Shown here piece after piece: positions 38,401 to 49,318 of a stretch of 64,000 bases of DNA (position 1 is the first letter of the stretch; every line of letters starts with the position of its first letter). The DNA comes from Mytilus californianus (Eukaryota), in NCBI RefSeq assembly GCF_021869535.1, contig NW_026262745.1, forward strand, positions 24,428,001 to 24,492,000, given 5' to 3'. The translations under genes were made by a program, and so were the position numbers. The notes beneath the pieces are model-generated. The model ran no database searches. It saw only the letters and a program-made list of their open reading frames with translations, and was not told the DNA's origin.

Positions 38401-41400
38401 CCCCTCAAAGCAAATCCTAACCATCCCTTTGTCGTATGGAAACTTGTAGTATAATTTCAGAGAGATCCATACACCGTTCCACAGTTATTGTCTGGAAACT
38501 AGAAAATGCTTATTTTTGGCCCCTTTTTGGCCCCTAATTCCTTAACTGTTGGTACCATAACCCCAAAAATCAATCCCCACCTTCCTTTTGTTGTATTGAA
38601 CCTTATGGTAAAATTTCATAGAGATCCATTCACTTAAACTAAAGTTAGAGTGCGAAAACTAATGCGTCTTCGGACGACGACGACGCCGGACGACGACGAC
38701 GACAACGCCATACCAATATACGACCACAAAAATTTGTTTGCGGTCGTATAAAAATATAATGCCCCCTAGGGGCATAAAAAGTCATATACAAATGACTAAT
38801 TTTTCTTTAACTATGTATAAGTGATCTAAAAAGCAAATTATATTCTGAAATTTTACATATATCACTTACTTAGCTGTCAATTTCTTTCCATCTGTTGATA
38901 TCACACCAGTACATCTATAAAATAAAGCAAATATTGTTTGGCGGACAATGGGAGATAACTTATAATATCTTAAACCTTCAATAACAGCTTATTTAAATTC
39001 TAATGTATTTGTTAACTTTAATTCTCATACTTTGCACACACTTTAGCAAACTAACAATGTTTTTTCCTGGTTGTTGTTTAATTGCTGTCACATTGACATT
39101 TTCACTGTATCTCATTTTGTTCTGTATTACAAAATTTATTTGGTTCCAATTTTTAAAATACCATGTAAACATTTCTTACTTGCTAACAATCTCTTGATGT
39201 GGAATATTTAACAGACAATAACAGCAATATTTAATCTAACATTTTGAAAGAGTTATCACTACTTTCAGCTATTGCAAAAAGTCGTGTGACTAAAAAAAAA
39301 ATTGTCACAAAACTTCCTTTTTATTTATAAATAAAGAGCTGCGCCATGAGTGCATGGTACGCACTTCGCTTTTTCAACAGATAAAGTTCCAAAACTCCTC
39401 AATGTCATATCAGAAATTTATGAAAAAACTAAAGGGAGATTATTTAATAGATACAAACCAGTTACTAAAGTTTCATGAAAACTGCTCAAAACACTTTTGA
39501 GTTATTGTCCCAAAACTGGAAAACCCCCCCCTTTTTTTTTATAAAATCCCTTAACTCGGAAACGTAAAATTTAAAATTTATAAAAATCCAAAGGGAGCTA
39601 AAGTCAATAGATATAAACAATTCACCAAAGTTACATGAAAACTGCTCAAAGGATTTTTGCGTTATTGTCCAAAAACTGTAAAATCACCTATTTTAAATGA
39701 ATAAAACCCCATAACTCGGAACTGTAAAATCTAAATTTATACAAATCGAAAGGGAGCTTACATCAATAGATATAAAATTCACAAAAGTTTCATGCAAATT
39801 GGTTTTAAAGTGTTTTTGAGTTATTGTCCAACATGTTGACGACGGACGGACAACTGTATACCATACTACGTCCTGTAAAGGGCGTATAAAAATTTACATC
39901 TGTAACAACCAAATTAAATCTATTTAAAATGTGGGTCAAATCTGTTTTTAACATTTTTTTTTACTTAGCATGGTTTTGTGATAAGGGTTTTGTTTCAAAA
40001 TATAGATGCTCTATGTATTCAATACAGTTTTAAGAAGAAAAAAATTTAAATGACTATCAGTTTTTTCCATATTTTATTAAGTTTTTTATAGTATTTCAAT
40101 ATCAAAAGTCTTTAACTTACTTATTGTCTTTGTCTACAACTAAATGACTAGCTGACAATTTCAAGCAATAAACTCCACCAAAAACAGCACACATTCTGTA
40201 AAAATAATCTCTCATAAATTGGTACATAAAACTGACATAAACATCAACAATAAGTTAACATTAGCTAAACACCCAGTTGTCAGCCTCTTCCTGCATAGTT
40301 TGGATCCTTTCAATAACTTTTATGCAACAAGCCTTCTGTCAAAATATATCACAAAATTTTAATTATTTTCAATATTGACCAATTTTACCTGGGTTTTTCA
40401 TTTATTTTGTTTTCCTTTTTCCTGATCTGGTGATCAGATTCAAGATATTTTCTCTTATTTCATTTTATTTCAATACAAACTTGCAAGTTTTATTTAGTTA
40501 TCTATCAAAAAGGTTAACTTGTCATGCAATTTTTTCCTAGGAATTTATTAAATTAATTCAGATTGTTGCAGAAGCTATTCAAATGAAACTTTTGATGATG
40601 AAACAAAAATATCTCAATGAATTTAATCAAGCACAAAATGAGCAATTTTGATTTTATGTTTTTTTTTTCTCTGGTCATCAACTCTTGTAATTGACCTCCA
40701 TGCCAAATAACTTGGTTAAGAATACATCTTGGAAAGTCAGACAGTACCAAACTGTAAGAAGTTCATCCTGGTCATTAATATGCTTAACTAGTTTTGCTGA
40801 TGTTTAACATCCTAGTCATATTCTTTGATAGAAGATGACCTCTAATCTTGTAATATTTAATCAATGATATACCTGCAGAAACCCTGAGGAAGTTCACCAC
40901 ATCCATATAAAGGCCAAAGAAATGCTGTGTTTCCATAACGTCCAAGGGAATGTAAAAATTTCTTGGTTTTAGCTAAACCCTATAAATTATAGCAAACATA
41001 TGTAAGACTATGTGTGTTGACCAATATGATGACATTATTTTATTATTCAAACCTTCAAAAGATTGTTTTCAAAAGCATTTTCATGTTAACTAGCTCATAG
41101 TTTGAAACATCAAAACAAGTACAAAATTTACCAACCATGTATATTTGTGTAGAACAGATAGATTAAAAACAATTCAAACCAGATATATCCAAAACATAGA
41201 TCAAAATTTTAGTTACTTTAACAATCTTTAAATCTTGATATGATATCAACATCTAGCAATATATCATTGAACTTGTCTTTATTGAAAACTCAAAAAACAT
41301 TTATAGTCTCCCTCAACTCACCTCAGGGGTTAATGTTTCGCTGGTAGCCATGGCAATGGAATGTTGTACAAAATGTTTTATATTTTTGGTAAGTTTCTTT

Positions 41401-44400
41401 GATTCCAAATAATCTGTAAAGGGTCTGTCTGTAAAAGCTTAAAAAAACAGGATGTTTTTATATTTTTTAATACACAGAATAAGTTTTCCCGTGTGATTTT
41501 TTTGCAATTACACAGGCCTCTACAATAACTTTTTTTTCAACTTGTCCAGTAGGACAAGTACAACCCAAAACTTACTTGTCCGAATGAAATTGTAACTTGT
41601 CCAAAACAATTCTTAATAATAACCTTTTTTGCCTTATAAGTTGATTCAAGGAACAAAATGAATTAAAACAATAGAACAGAATTTGATTTATATCTTTTGA
41701 AATACTTTTCAAAAATATGAGTCGAGAACAACTGAATCCAGTCATGTCACAGGGCTTAAGTTCTAGTTTTCATCAATGCCAAAGTCTCATCAGACTCTGC
41801 ACATGAGGCACCGTCTGATAGGCCTGTCAATGTACACTCATTGGATTTGTATCCTGGTTGTTTAAGTTGAAAAAAGATTATTCAAATGCAATCAATAAAA
41901 AAAAGAAGATGATGTATGATTGCCAATGAGACAACTCTCTGCAAGAGACCAAATGACACAGAAATTAACAACTATAGGTCACCGTATTGCAAGTATTGTT
42001 TCTTTCTACATATGATCAAATATGATTTTGTGAATTTTATGGTAAATAATTTCTTCATTTTTATTTAAAAAATATTTTTGTTAAAAAAATTACCGGTATG
42101 GTATTTATTATAAAGCAACAGAATAAGGTGGGAAACCAGGTACTGATTTGTCTTGGGCCCAAATTGTCTCCTGCGTTGCCAAACTGTCTATTAATCGTAT
42201 CTATTAAATATGTCTCCTACGGTGCCAAACTGTCTATTAAACTTAGGAGCCGAATCGTTTCCGAGCTGGTGAAGAACTGTCTTGTAAAGTTACCTTTTCT
42301 ACAAAGCGCATCGCTGATTCGGATCAGTAAAACTGGTTTCCGAGAATAGTATGCCTTTTGCCTATTAAAAAGTACCTGACAAAGAACCAGTTTAAAATTA
42401 TAGGTTTGCAAGTAAACATGTCAAATTAATACTTGTTCTTATCTTCTTTTCTTGTTTTTTGTTTATAATTACTTTGTTCATCAAAGTTGGATTAAATTTA
42501 TTTTCTGCAGAATAATTTTACTTGTCCCGTCGGACAAGCTTGATATAGCTTTTACTTGTCCGACTTTTTTTCCCTCTGGTACCGGACAATCGGACAAGCG
42601 TTATTGTCGAGGCCTGTTACAAGCCTAAGCATGATATTTACTTGCATTTTTTTACATAAATTTCGCATTAAGTTAAAATAATTTTCACATAAATTTTACA
42701 TACAATTACTACTACTAGGGGGTGTTTAACGAAATTGACTACCCATGAGGGTCTTGCATGGTCGGCATACAAATCAAGTACAGTAAATTCAAAAATTATT
42801 GAAGGTTCTTATTAATGCAAATAATGTGACTGGGTGAGTATCACATTAATTAGAACTTGCATTCTGATATCTGATACATTTATGTGTACACAGCTTTTTG
42901 GGAAATTGCAATAATTAATCTATAATATTTGTTGGTCATGACAAAATCGCAATAACTTCTAGATTTACAGCAGTTTTTTTTCCAGTTTTAAAAATTTATG
43001 ATATTATTATAATGAATAGTTTTTTTTATTCTGTACTAATTCATAAAATGCAAATAATTCAATTCAAAAATGTTAACCAAGTTCAGAAACATCTGTCAAT
43101 TGATAAGCAACATATTTGTTTGTTTGCATTTTTCTGATGGGTTTAAATTATTCAATTTATTGGCTTTTGTTCCAATACACCCATGATTATATCATTGTTA
43201 GTTTTGTATATATTTGTTGATAACTACGATGTATAAAAAGTAAATAAAACAGTTTCTCTTCAATATATTAAAATTTGCAAGAATCCTATTCTATATATAG
43301 AGAGAATCAACAATCAATAAATCAATTTACATGTACCTTCATAATCTGTTGGCCTTTTATCATATTCTGCACAGGATGTTAAAAATTTCATCAACATTCT
43401 CTTCTCCAACATAGATACTTCCTTACTGTTAAATACATCTGCTCTGGAACATGGTACCTATAATATATATTTGATCCATGTATGACAAAGAAAAAGATTA
43501 ATGCAACCACTTGCAGAAATTATTTTTATTTTTTTTTCTCAAAATGCTTATTTTATCTTATATATTTGTTCCATTTCCTTTTATATTGCATTAAGTTATT
43601 TCATATTCACTTCACTGCAGGTCATAAGAGAATATCCTCTCAGTAAATTGTTAAATTTGAGGCAGTTTGCAAGAAGGTATTTATAGACAGACAATCTGAC
43701 ATTACACTGATAAATTTAAATTAATGACAAGCTGATTTTTCTTACTTATGAATAATTAAAATCCATGTATGTTCCTATGAAATTTTAAAGAGCATAATAT
43801 TATAATGGTCATATTGTATCATGCTAAAAAATATTTGATTTACATGCAGAATCAACAAGTGAATCTGTGAGTACTGCTCACTAATGATACCCCGCCCCGC
43901 TAAAAGTATAAGGTAAACAGGAAGATGTTGAGTGATGAATCTGAAAATGCATCACACGGTATAGCTGACTCATATAAACCCTGAAACCAAATTTCAGAAA
44001 TCCTTGTAATGTAGTTCCTGAGAAAGATGAGACGAAAAATATTCATTGGATGGACGGACAGACTGACGGATGGACTGAGGGATGGACGGATGGATTGACA
44101 GACAGAGGTAAAAAAGTATACCCCCACTTTTTTAAAGCGGGGGTATAATAAAAATATTAACCTCAATTCAAGAGAACTAACTTAATTTTAATACTAAATT
44201 AAATAGATACTGAAGCTATATACAAAGAACATAAAAGCACAAGTGTGTATTGTGTCATGAATTAATACACCACACCCCTTCTATTACATTATTCACCTTT
44301 TCAAGTTTTCCGTCCAGTAATGTTAACATCCTAGTGACAGTTTTAAACTCACAATACTTGGCAATGTCTGATGTGATCAGTAGCTGTACCATACTCCCAC

Positions 44401-47400
44401 CACAGTAAAGTAACTGTAAAAAACACAAACGTATGAAATATTAATCCCTTAGTAAACTCAAAACACATAGGGAGAAATGGTTGTTTCGAAGATGAGTTAT
44501 GATCAATATCGTATTGAGGCAGACAGAACAATCTAAGATGCTTAAGATAATTTCTGTCCAGACCAGCTAAATTGCTGTTACTCTGTTTTATCAACAATAT
44601 CATAATCAAATAAATAAGTAATCCTGTTACTTTTGTTACTTTGGCATTGCCTAATTTTTTTTGTGCATCAGAGAAATAGTGATACTGATAATATCAGTCT
44701 TTCAGATCATATGATATGCACAGAGCAAAGTGTGTACGTTTTCAAAGACACAAGATATTGTCTTATCAACGCTTATTGTGCAGATTGTGCAATAATTGCT
44801 ACATGTAGGTGTACTACAGAGAAAACATGGAAAATTTGATACCCCTTGAGACTGGCTTTTCCAATTCATATAAAGAGCATAATCTATTTTATTCTGACAA
44901 ATGCATAACATGTATTCGCTTAATCTCAATCTTTATATTATATACATAAACATTATTTCACCTTTGGTGTTAAATCTAAATTAAATTTCCTCCATTCCTT
45001 CAATAATCTAGATTTTGTCCATTTTTCTGTATTCTTCTTTATGTCAGGGTTGACAACAGATTCAGGTAATTCTTTCTTTTCACCAATAATTTTAGAATCT
45101 GAGCTCTTTAGACAACTGTCCTTAACATCTGTAGTTGAACTGTCCTTGACATCTGTAGTTGAACTGCCCTTGACATCTGTAGTTGAACTGTCCTTGATAT
45201 CTGTAGTTGCACTGTCCTTAACATCAGTTGTTACATTGTCCTTGACATCTGTGTTCACACTGTCTTTTTGACTAGTGTCTTTGGTATTATTTTTATTTTG
45301 TTCAGAAGCACCACTGCTGTTATCAGCAGCTACTGAATCTGCATGTTTAAATTCCTGACTATCATTTAAATCTGCTTTCTCAGATATTTCTGCATTTTCT
45401 TTTTCATTACACTGAGAGTTTGAAGTATCTTCAGAAGAAACTTTTTCCTTTAAATCACTTTCTTCATCTGTCTTGTCATCACTGATGTAGGAAAAAAATG
45501 TATTCAATAATTTTCATCACTACACAATTTGAAAATGATTTTAATATTGTTAATACCTCTCAATGATATATTCAAAAAGAAGAGACTAAAACCCCAAACA
45601 TCAATACCACTTTTTTGTTTGCGCTACCTAATACAGACTGAAAATTTCATAAGTCAACTTAAAAAAAACAAAAAAAACTGTTACTGACATTTAAGAACTG
45701 TGTCAACACACACACAACTTTTTCTGGTCATACAATTAACATTATCTCCTTTAGCCTGTGGCATTACACTCACCCAACATTAAATGTGACATTTGTATGA
45801 CTGTAACTTTTATCTGTTAGTTCAAGTTCAATTGTACTTTCTTCGTCACTAATAAGACTTTTAACTGTATCTGAATCAGTAGATTTCAGAGCATCTTCTC
45901 CCTTTGTCTGAAAGACATCAATATCTTAATCAAGATAACAACTCATAATCAATATCTTTTCCTCACCTCCTATCAACACACAATTCTTCAATTTGTTTAC
46001 TATCCCCCCGGCTCAAAAATTTTGCTTATTATTATTATTTGAATCTGTATTTATGCGATCTTCAATTTGACCTTTAGCTGGAGATGGATTACTCATGTGC
46101 TAAACATATTCAGTTATTAAAAAAAAGAAAAGAACATGCACATTGAAGGGCTTAGTCTTTTCATCGTTTTTTATCCCCATGGCGGTGTCAGTTTTTATTT
46201 GACTTATGAGTTTTGATTGTTCCCTTGGTATCTTCCGCCTCTTTTTTTGTCTGTGTATCTATATTTATGTTTAATCATATGACCATCTGCATTCTTCAGA
46301 GATCATCTCAATGGTTAATTAGATGGTGTCTTATCTAAAATACACATGAAATGCTGGTGTCTTATCTAAAATACACATGAAATGCTGGTGTCTTATCTAA
46401 AATACACATGAAATGCTGTTACATCACAACGAGTCCATGTGTTGTTAATTATTTCTTTTTTGACTTTTTGTAATTTGTATATACGTTTTAATATGCTATA
46501 AATGAAATTGTGAGAATTTGAGTCCAATCAATGAACATGAATTTGACAGCTTATGCCCTCTAAGGAGGATGGATGTCATCAAACGTCAGCAATTTTTACC
46601 TGATTAATCCATGAGCCTACAGCTTGTAAATTAAATGAGCACCACCTCCCACTATAATAACCATTTCTAAAAATAAATAAATATGAAATAACTATTTTTT
46701 TCTATAAAGTACTGTACCACTGTAAGTTCTTTTTTCAGTTACAGAATATACATGTAAGTTTTAGATGGCATTCTACAGAATAAAGAATTAATTGACTGAT
46801 TGAATAAAAACTATATTGGGCGATTGAATATGATGGTTTTGGTTGGTTGTTTTCATAAAGTAGCTATTTTTATCACTGGGAATTACCATTTGTAGGTATA
46901 TTTCATTACTTACAAATTTTGCTAACACAATGTACCTGATGATTGAAAGGAATGAATTTAAAAAATTATCCAGTACAGATTGGGCTGAATTTCAGCCCAT
47001 ATTTACATTAGATTTTAGACTTTTAACATGTATAGATGAATGATCCTTAGACATCTGAACACTGCATCGTATACATACATTGAATGAACAGAATGGAAAA
47101 GAAGGGTGTATGGAAGCATACACCTGAAGCACTGAGAAACTTTCTACAGTCTCTACACTACTGTACACAACACAAGTGACAAATATCATGAATAATATTA
47201 TAATATCTTATAATTACCTATCTATATGAAGCACCTTTTGGCCAATTCTAGAAAAAGCAGCAGCTAAAATGCTTTCTGATAAACCTGAAATACATATGTA
47301 CATTATAACTCAAAGATAAGCAGAACATCAACTTTCAATTACAAAATGAGTGAACAACATCAGTTTAAACATGCATTATCATATTATAACATATCATTAA

Positions 47401-49318
47401 TGGAGCTTGCTGTCCGGTGTGAGCCAAGGCTCCATGTTGAAAGTCGTACTTTGACCTATAATGGTTTACTTTTACAAATTGTGACTTGGATGGAGAGTTG
47501 TCTCATTGGCACTCATACCACGTCTTCTTATATCTATTTAACTTTATAATAAGTCTGTTAACATGGTTAAGCCAAAAGAAAAATTAAAAGTACTTATTGG
47601 TTATATGTAGATCAAAAATACTACCATAAAAAGCTTGATGTGAAATACAGTTTGTGATCAAATATGTGCTGGTGGAATTAAACTGCCACAAAAATTCCTC
47701 ATAAATGTGATAGAATTTAGTTAAAATTTTAACCAATTTATGTTATATCTATTCATAATTTCCTGTTGTCATGGTTGTAAAAGATTATATGTCATGAAAA
47801 GATAAAGTTAAAGGAAAACTGAGACATCACTGAAATATGTACATATCAAAACCAAAATGCATAATTTCTCCACTGGACAGGTCCTGTAACTTCAAATGTA
47901 CTAACTTCTTTCCAAATATATTCTAACATAAAAAGAAATAGAGCTAGCTGGTCCGTGAAGAAGATGTCATCAAACCCTTCAATGAACATAACCACGGATC
48001 AGACCCATCAGGCAAACATGTTGTTAGTAGTTATCTGCTTTGAACTAGCTGTCAGTTACTGCTCTAGTACTCTGAGATCTGTACTTTGTCTTTTTTGTTG
48101 TAAGGGATGTATAAATGCCCTGTTACGTCGAAGATGTTTTTCTGCTTTGTATCCAACTGATGATTTAAGCCCTTTTCAACTGATTTCTATAGTTTGTTCT
48201 CATGTTGCACTGTTACACCACTGTCCCAGATTAGGGGAGGGTTGCTGCCTTTAGAAATGTTTAACCCTTGCACATTCTTTATGTGCCTGTCCCAAGTCAG
48301 GAGCCTGTGGTTCAGTGATTGTCAATGGTTCGTGTCTGTCATATTTGTTTTTCGTAAATTGTTTTGTTGTAAGTTCTAAAGGCCATTAGTTTTCTCAAGT
48401 GAATTGTTTCATATTTTTCATTTCGGGCCTTTTTTTGCCAACTTTACGGTATGTTTTTTCTCATTGTTGAAGGCTGTACAGTTGCCTATAATTGCTTACA
48501 TCCTTTTATTTGAACTTTGGTGGATAGTTGTCTCATTGGCAATCATACCACATCTCCTCATTTTAATAATGCTCCTGAGGTAGAAGAGGTCATCAAGCAA
48601 TGGGCAAAAGACAAAGAAGAGACAGCTCTAATCACACTTTTTCTAGCTTTAGATGAAGACTATCATGACTATCAACAATATGCCATCAAAACCAATTTCT
48701 TAAAAAGATCAACATTAAGATACTACTGAAGACAACACAAAACTCTAATTACAAGTACAAATAACTGATCAGGTCTAGTTTTATATGAAACAAGCTCAAA
48801 TTTAATTTACCCTCATTATATATTTCATAACTGAAAGTATGATATAAATTGTGGGCTTTTGTCTAAGGGTCTTTAGTCCTAGATCCGTAGAGAAATATAT
48901 AAAATGAAAATAATTTGAGTATAGTGTAAAGGAAATGAGTATTCAAACATACATGTATATATAATTTAGTTATATAATTATGCCATAGATAAATATCTAA
49001 CAAACTAAATATCAAAATTAACAATATTCTTAAAGGCTGTAACAAGACATTTATGTAAATTTGTATGAGCAGAACCTGAGTTTATATTTAGAAATTACCA
49101 AATATAAGGATATCATTGTATGAATCATAATGATAATCTGATCCCACAGTGTGTATTTTATTAAGTGCCTTCACTATTTATGGGAAATGTGGCAAGTTCT
49201 CGATAAGAAAATAACATAAGGAAAAAATCTTGAGATATTGAACGACTATGATAGGACGTTGTCTTTTACCTGTTCCTATAACAATTACATCAAATTCTGT
49301 TGGAAATTCGTCAGCCAT
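25943..49318 (-). CDS. CHM: Rab escort protein (Rab geranylgeranyltransferase component A, REP1/CHM-like; GDI/REP superfamily), complete, 17 coding exons, about 805 aa
   Basis: Exons (minus strand) 49270-49318, 47218-47284, 46600-46666, 45774-45907, 44962-45481, 44297-44413, 43337-43457, 41322-41437, 40873-40979, 40121-40195, 38870-38914, 34986-35045, 33803-33863, 29700-29793, 28357-28458, 27426-27574, 25943-26476; total 2418 nt, in frame. Signature peptides [72 protein letters not shown] and [16 protein letters not shown] are REP-like rather than GDI-like. Confidence 0.95.
26065..26360 (-). repeat. Coding minisatellite, about 4 x 75 bp (25-aa unit), in the REP tail
   Basis: [21 protein letters not shown]-like unit repeated in the translation. 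Confidence 0.9.
27426..27574 (-). CDS. CHM: REP exon 16
   Basis: [12 protein letters not shown]...[19 protein letters not shown]; GT-AG. Confidence 0.9.
27911..28068. mobile_element. Foldback/palindromic MITE-like element
   Basis: aactaatcca...aaaaatattca..gtgactaaacaacac versus gtgttgttcagtcac...tgaatattttt...tggattagtt. Confidence 0.72.
28357..28458 (-). CDS. CHM: REP exon 15
   Basis: VVHITMET...[11 protein letters not shown]; phase 1 at both ends. Confidence 0.88.
29089..29629. mobile_element. Helentron-like element with 3 x ~167-bp repeats, GCC microsatellite and terminal hairpin
   Basis: caaatattctccatgg units at 29101, 29267 and 29440; ttttgtctcg...cgagacaaaa hairpin 29590-29629; inverted relative of 16388-17045. 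Confidence 0.7.
29700..29793 (-). CDS. CHM: REP exon 14
   Basis: LSLLQIP...[12 protein letters not shown]; GT-AG. Confidence 0.88.
30496..33376 (-). mobile_element. Non-autonomous Helentron-type element (HINE/DINE-1-like), copy 1, with internal satellite array (about 30705-32300)
   Basis: Subterminal inverted repeats atacgaccgca (30523) / tgcggtcgtat (33361); partial inner IR; (GAC)n microsatellite about 33294-33325; terminal stem-loop gctggggcgcagc; inserted in an A-run; no transposase. Confidence 0.82.
33803..33863 (-). CDS. CHM: REP exon 13
   Basis: [20 protein letters not shown]. Confidence 0.9.
34072..34765. mobile_element. MITE with aggggcactagct terminal inverted repeats (TTAA-type insertion, Kolobok/piggyBac-like)
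   Basis: ttaaaggggcactagct ... agctagtgcccctttat. Confidence 0.8.
34986..35045 (-). CDS. CHM: REP exon 12
   Basis: [19 protein letters not shown]; phase 2 at both ends. Confidence 0.82.
35574..35804 (+). mobile_element. Left part of a second HINE-type element, interrupted by HINE copy 2
   Basis: aacaagaatgtgtcc start and ggacagacggacggacg microsatellite; its terminal hairpin atgcccc-cta-ggggcat reappears at 38751-38780. Confidence 0.7.
35805..38755 (-). mobile_element. Non-autonomous Helentron-type element, copy 2 (near-identical to 30496-33376)
   Basis: subTIRs atacgaccgca (35832) / tgcggtcgtat (38739); same non-array sequence as copy 1; array about 36010-37740. Confidence 0.85.
38870..38914 (-). 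CDS. CHM: REP exon 11
   Basis: [14 protein letters not shown]; 45 nt. Confidence 0.82.
   Translation of the reverse strand: MYWCDINRWKEIDS
39329..39892 (+). mobile_element. HINE-type element with internal ~170-bp degenerate repeats
   Basis: aaataaagagctgcgcc start, repeated ataactcggaaac...gggagct...caatagatataaa, gacggacggac microsatellite, tacgtcct...gggcgta end. Confidence 0.6.
40121..40195 (-). CDS. CHM: REP exon 10
   Basis: [24 protein letters not shown]. Confidence 0.92.
40873..40979 (-). CDS. CHM: REP exon 9
   Basis: [35 protein letters not shown]. Confidence 0.95.
41322..41437 (-). CDS. CHM: REP exon 8
   Basis: [38 protein letters not shown]. Confidence 0.88.
41513..42616. mobile_element. 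Non-autonomous TIR element (CAGGCCTC termini) with 5-bp TSD and nested repeats
   Basis: caggcctctacaataac / gttattgtcgaggcctg; ttaca on both flanks (41508-41512, 42617-42621); multiple cttgtcc/ggacaag subterminal motifs. Confidence 0.8.
42779..42972. mobile_element. Short Tc1/mariner-like MITE; inverted relative at 54104-54311
   Basis: tacagtaaattc...gatttacagca termini; interior reverse-complement-similar to 54104-54311. Confidence 0.6.
43337..43457 (-). CDS. CHM: REP exon 7
   Basis: [27 protein letters not shown]; 121 nt. Confidence 0.95.
43853..44150 (+). mobile_element. Short HINE-type element
   Basis: gatacccc subTIR, (GGAC/GGAT)n microsatellite, terminal hairpin tatacccc...gggggtata. 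Confidence 0.65.
44297..44413 (-). CDS. CHM: REP exon 6
   Basis: [28 protein letters not shown]; 117 nt. Confidence 0.93.
44962..45481 (-). CDS. CHM: REP exon 5 (REP-specific low-complexity insert, ends [10 protein letters not shown])
   Basis: catcag acceptor, AAG|gtgaaa donor; open frame of 173 codons. Confidence 0.9.
45113..45264 (-). repeat. Coding minisatellite, about 6 x 24 bp (DVKDSSTT), in REP exon 5
   Basis: acatctgtagttgaactgtccttg units. Confidence 0.92.
45774..45907 (-). CDS. CHM: REP exon 4
   Basis: tttcag acceptor, GG|gtgagt donor; phases fit both neighbours. Confidence 0.8.
46324..46417. repeat. 3 x 31-bp tandem repeat
   Basis: tggtgtcttatctaaaatacacatgaaatgc x3. Confidence 0.95.
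46600..46666 (-). CDS. CHM: REP exon 3
   Basis: [22 protein letters not shown]. Confidence 0.9.
47218..47284 (-). CDS. CHM: REP exon 2
   Basis: [23 protein letters not shown]; 67 nt. Confidence 0.95.
49270..49318 (-). CDS. CHM: REP exon 1 (coding part)
   Basis: ATG at 49318, [17 protein letters not shown]|gtaaaa donor. Confidence 0.95.

Noticed and set aside
42098-42411. Opposing ORFs of 83 and 64 aa within the 41513-42616 element
   Set aside because: No transposase motifs recognised; probably nested repeat sequence
25943-49318. Alternative call as Rab GDI
   Set aside because: The long acidic insert in exons 4-5, the VPCSRADVF motif and the C-terminal PPNPEDII motif are REP features
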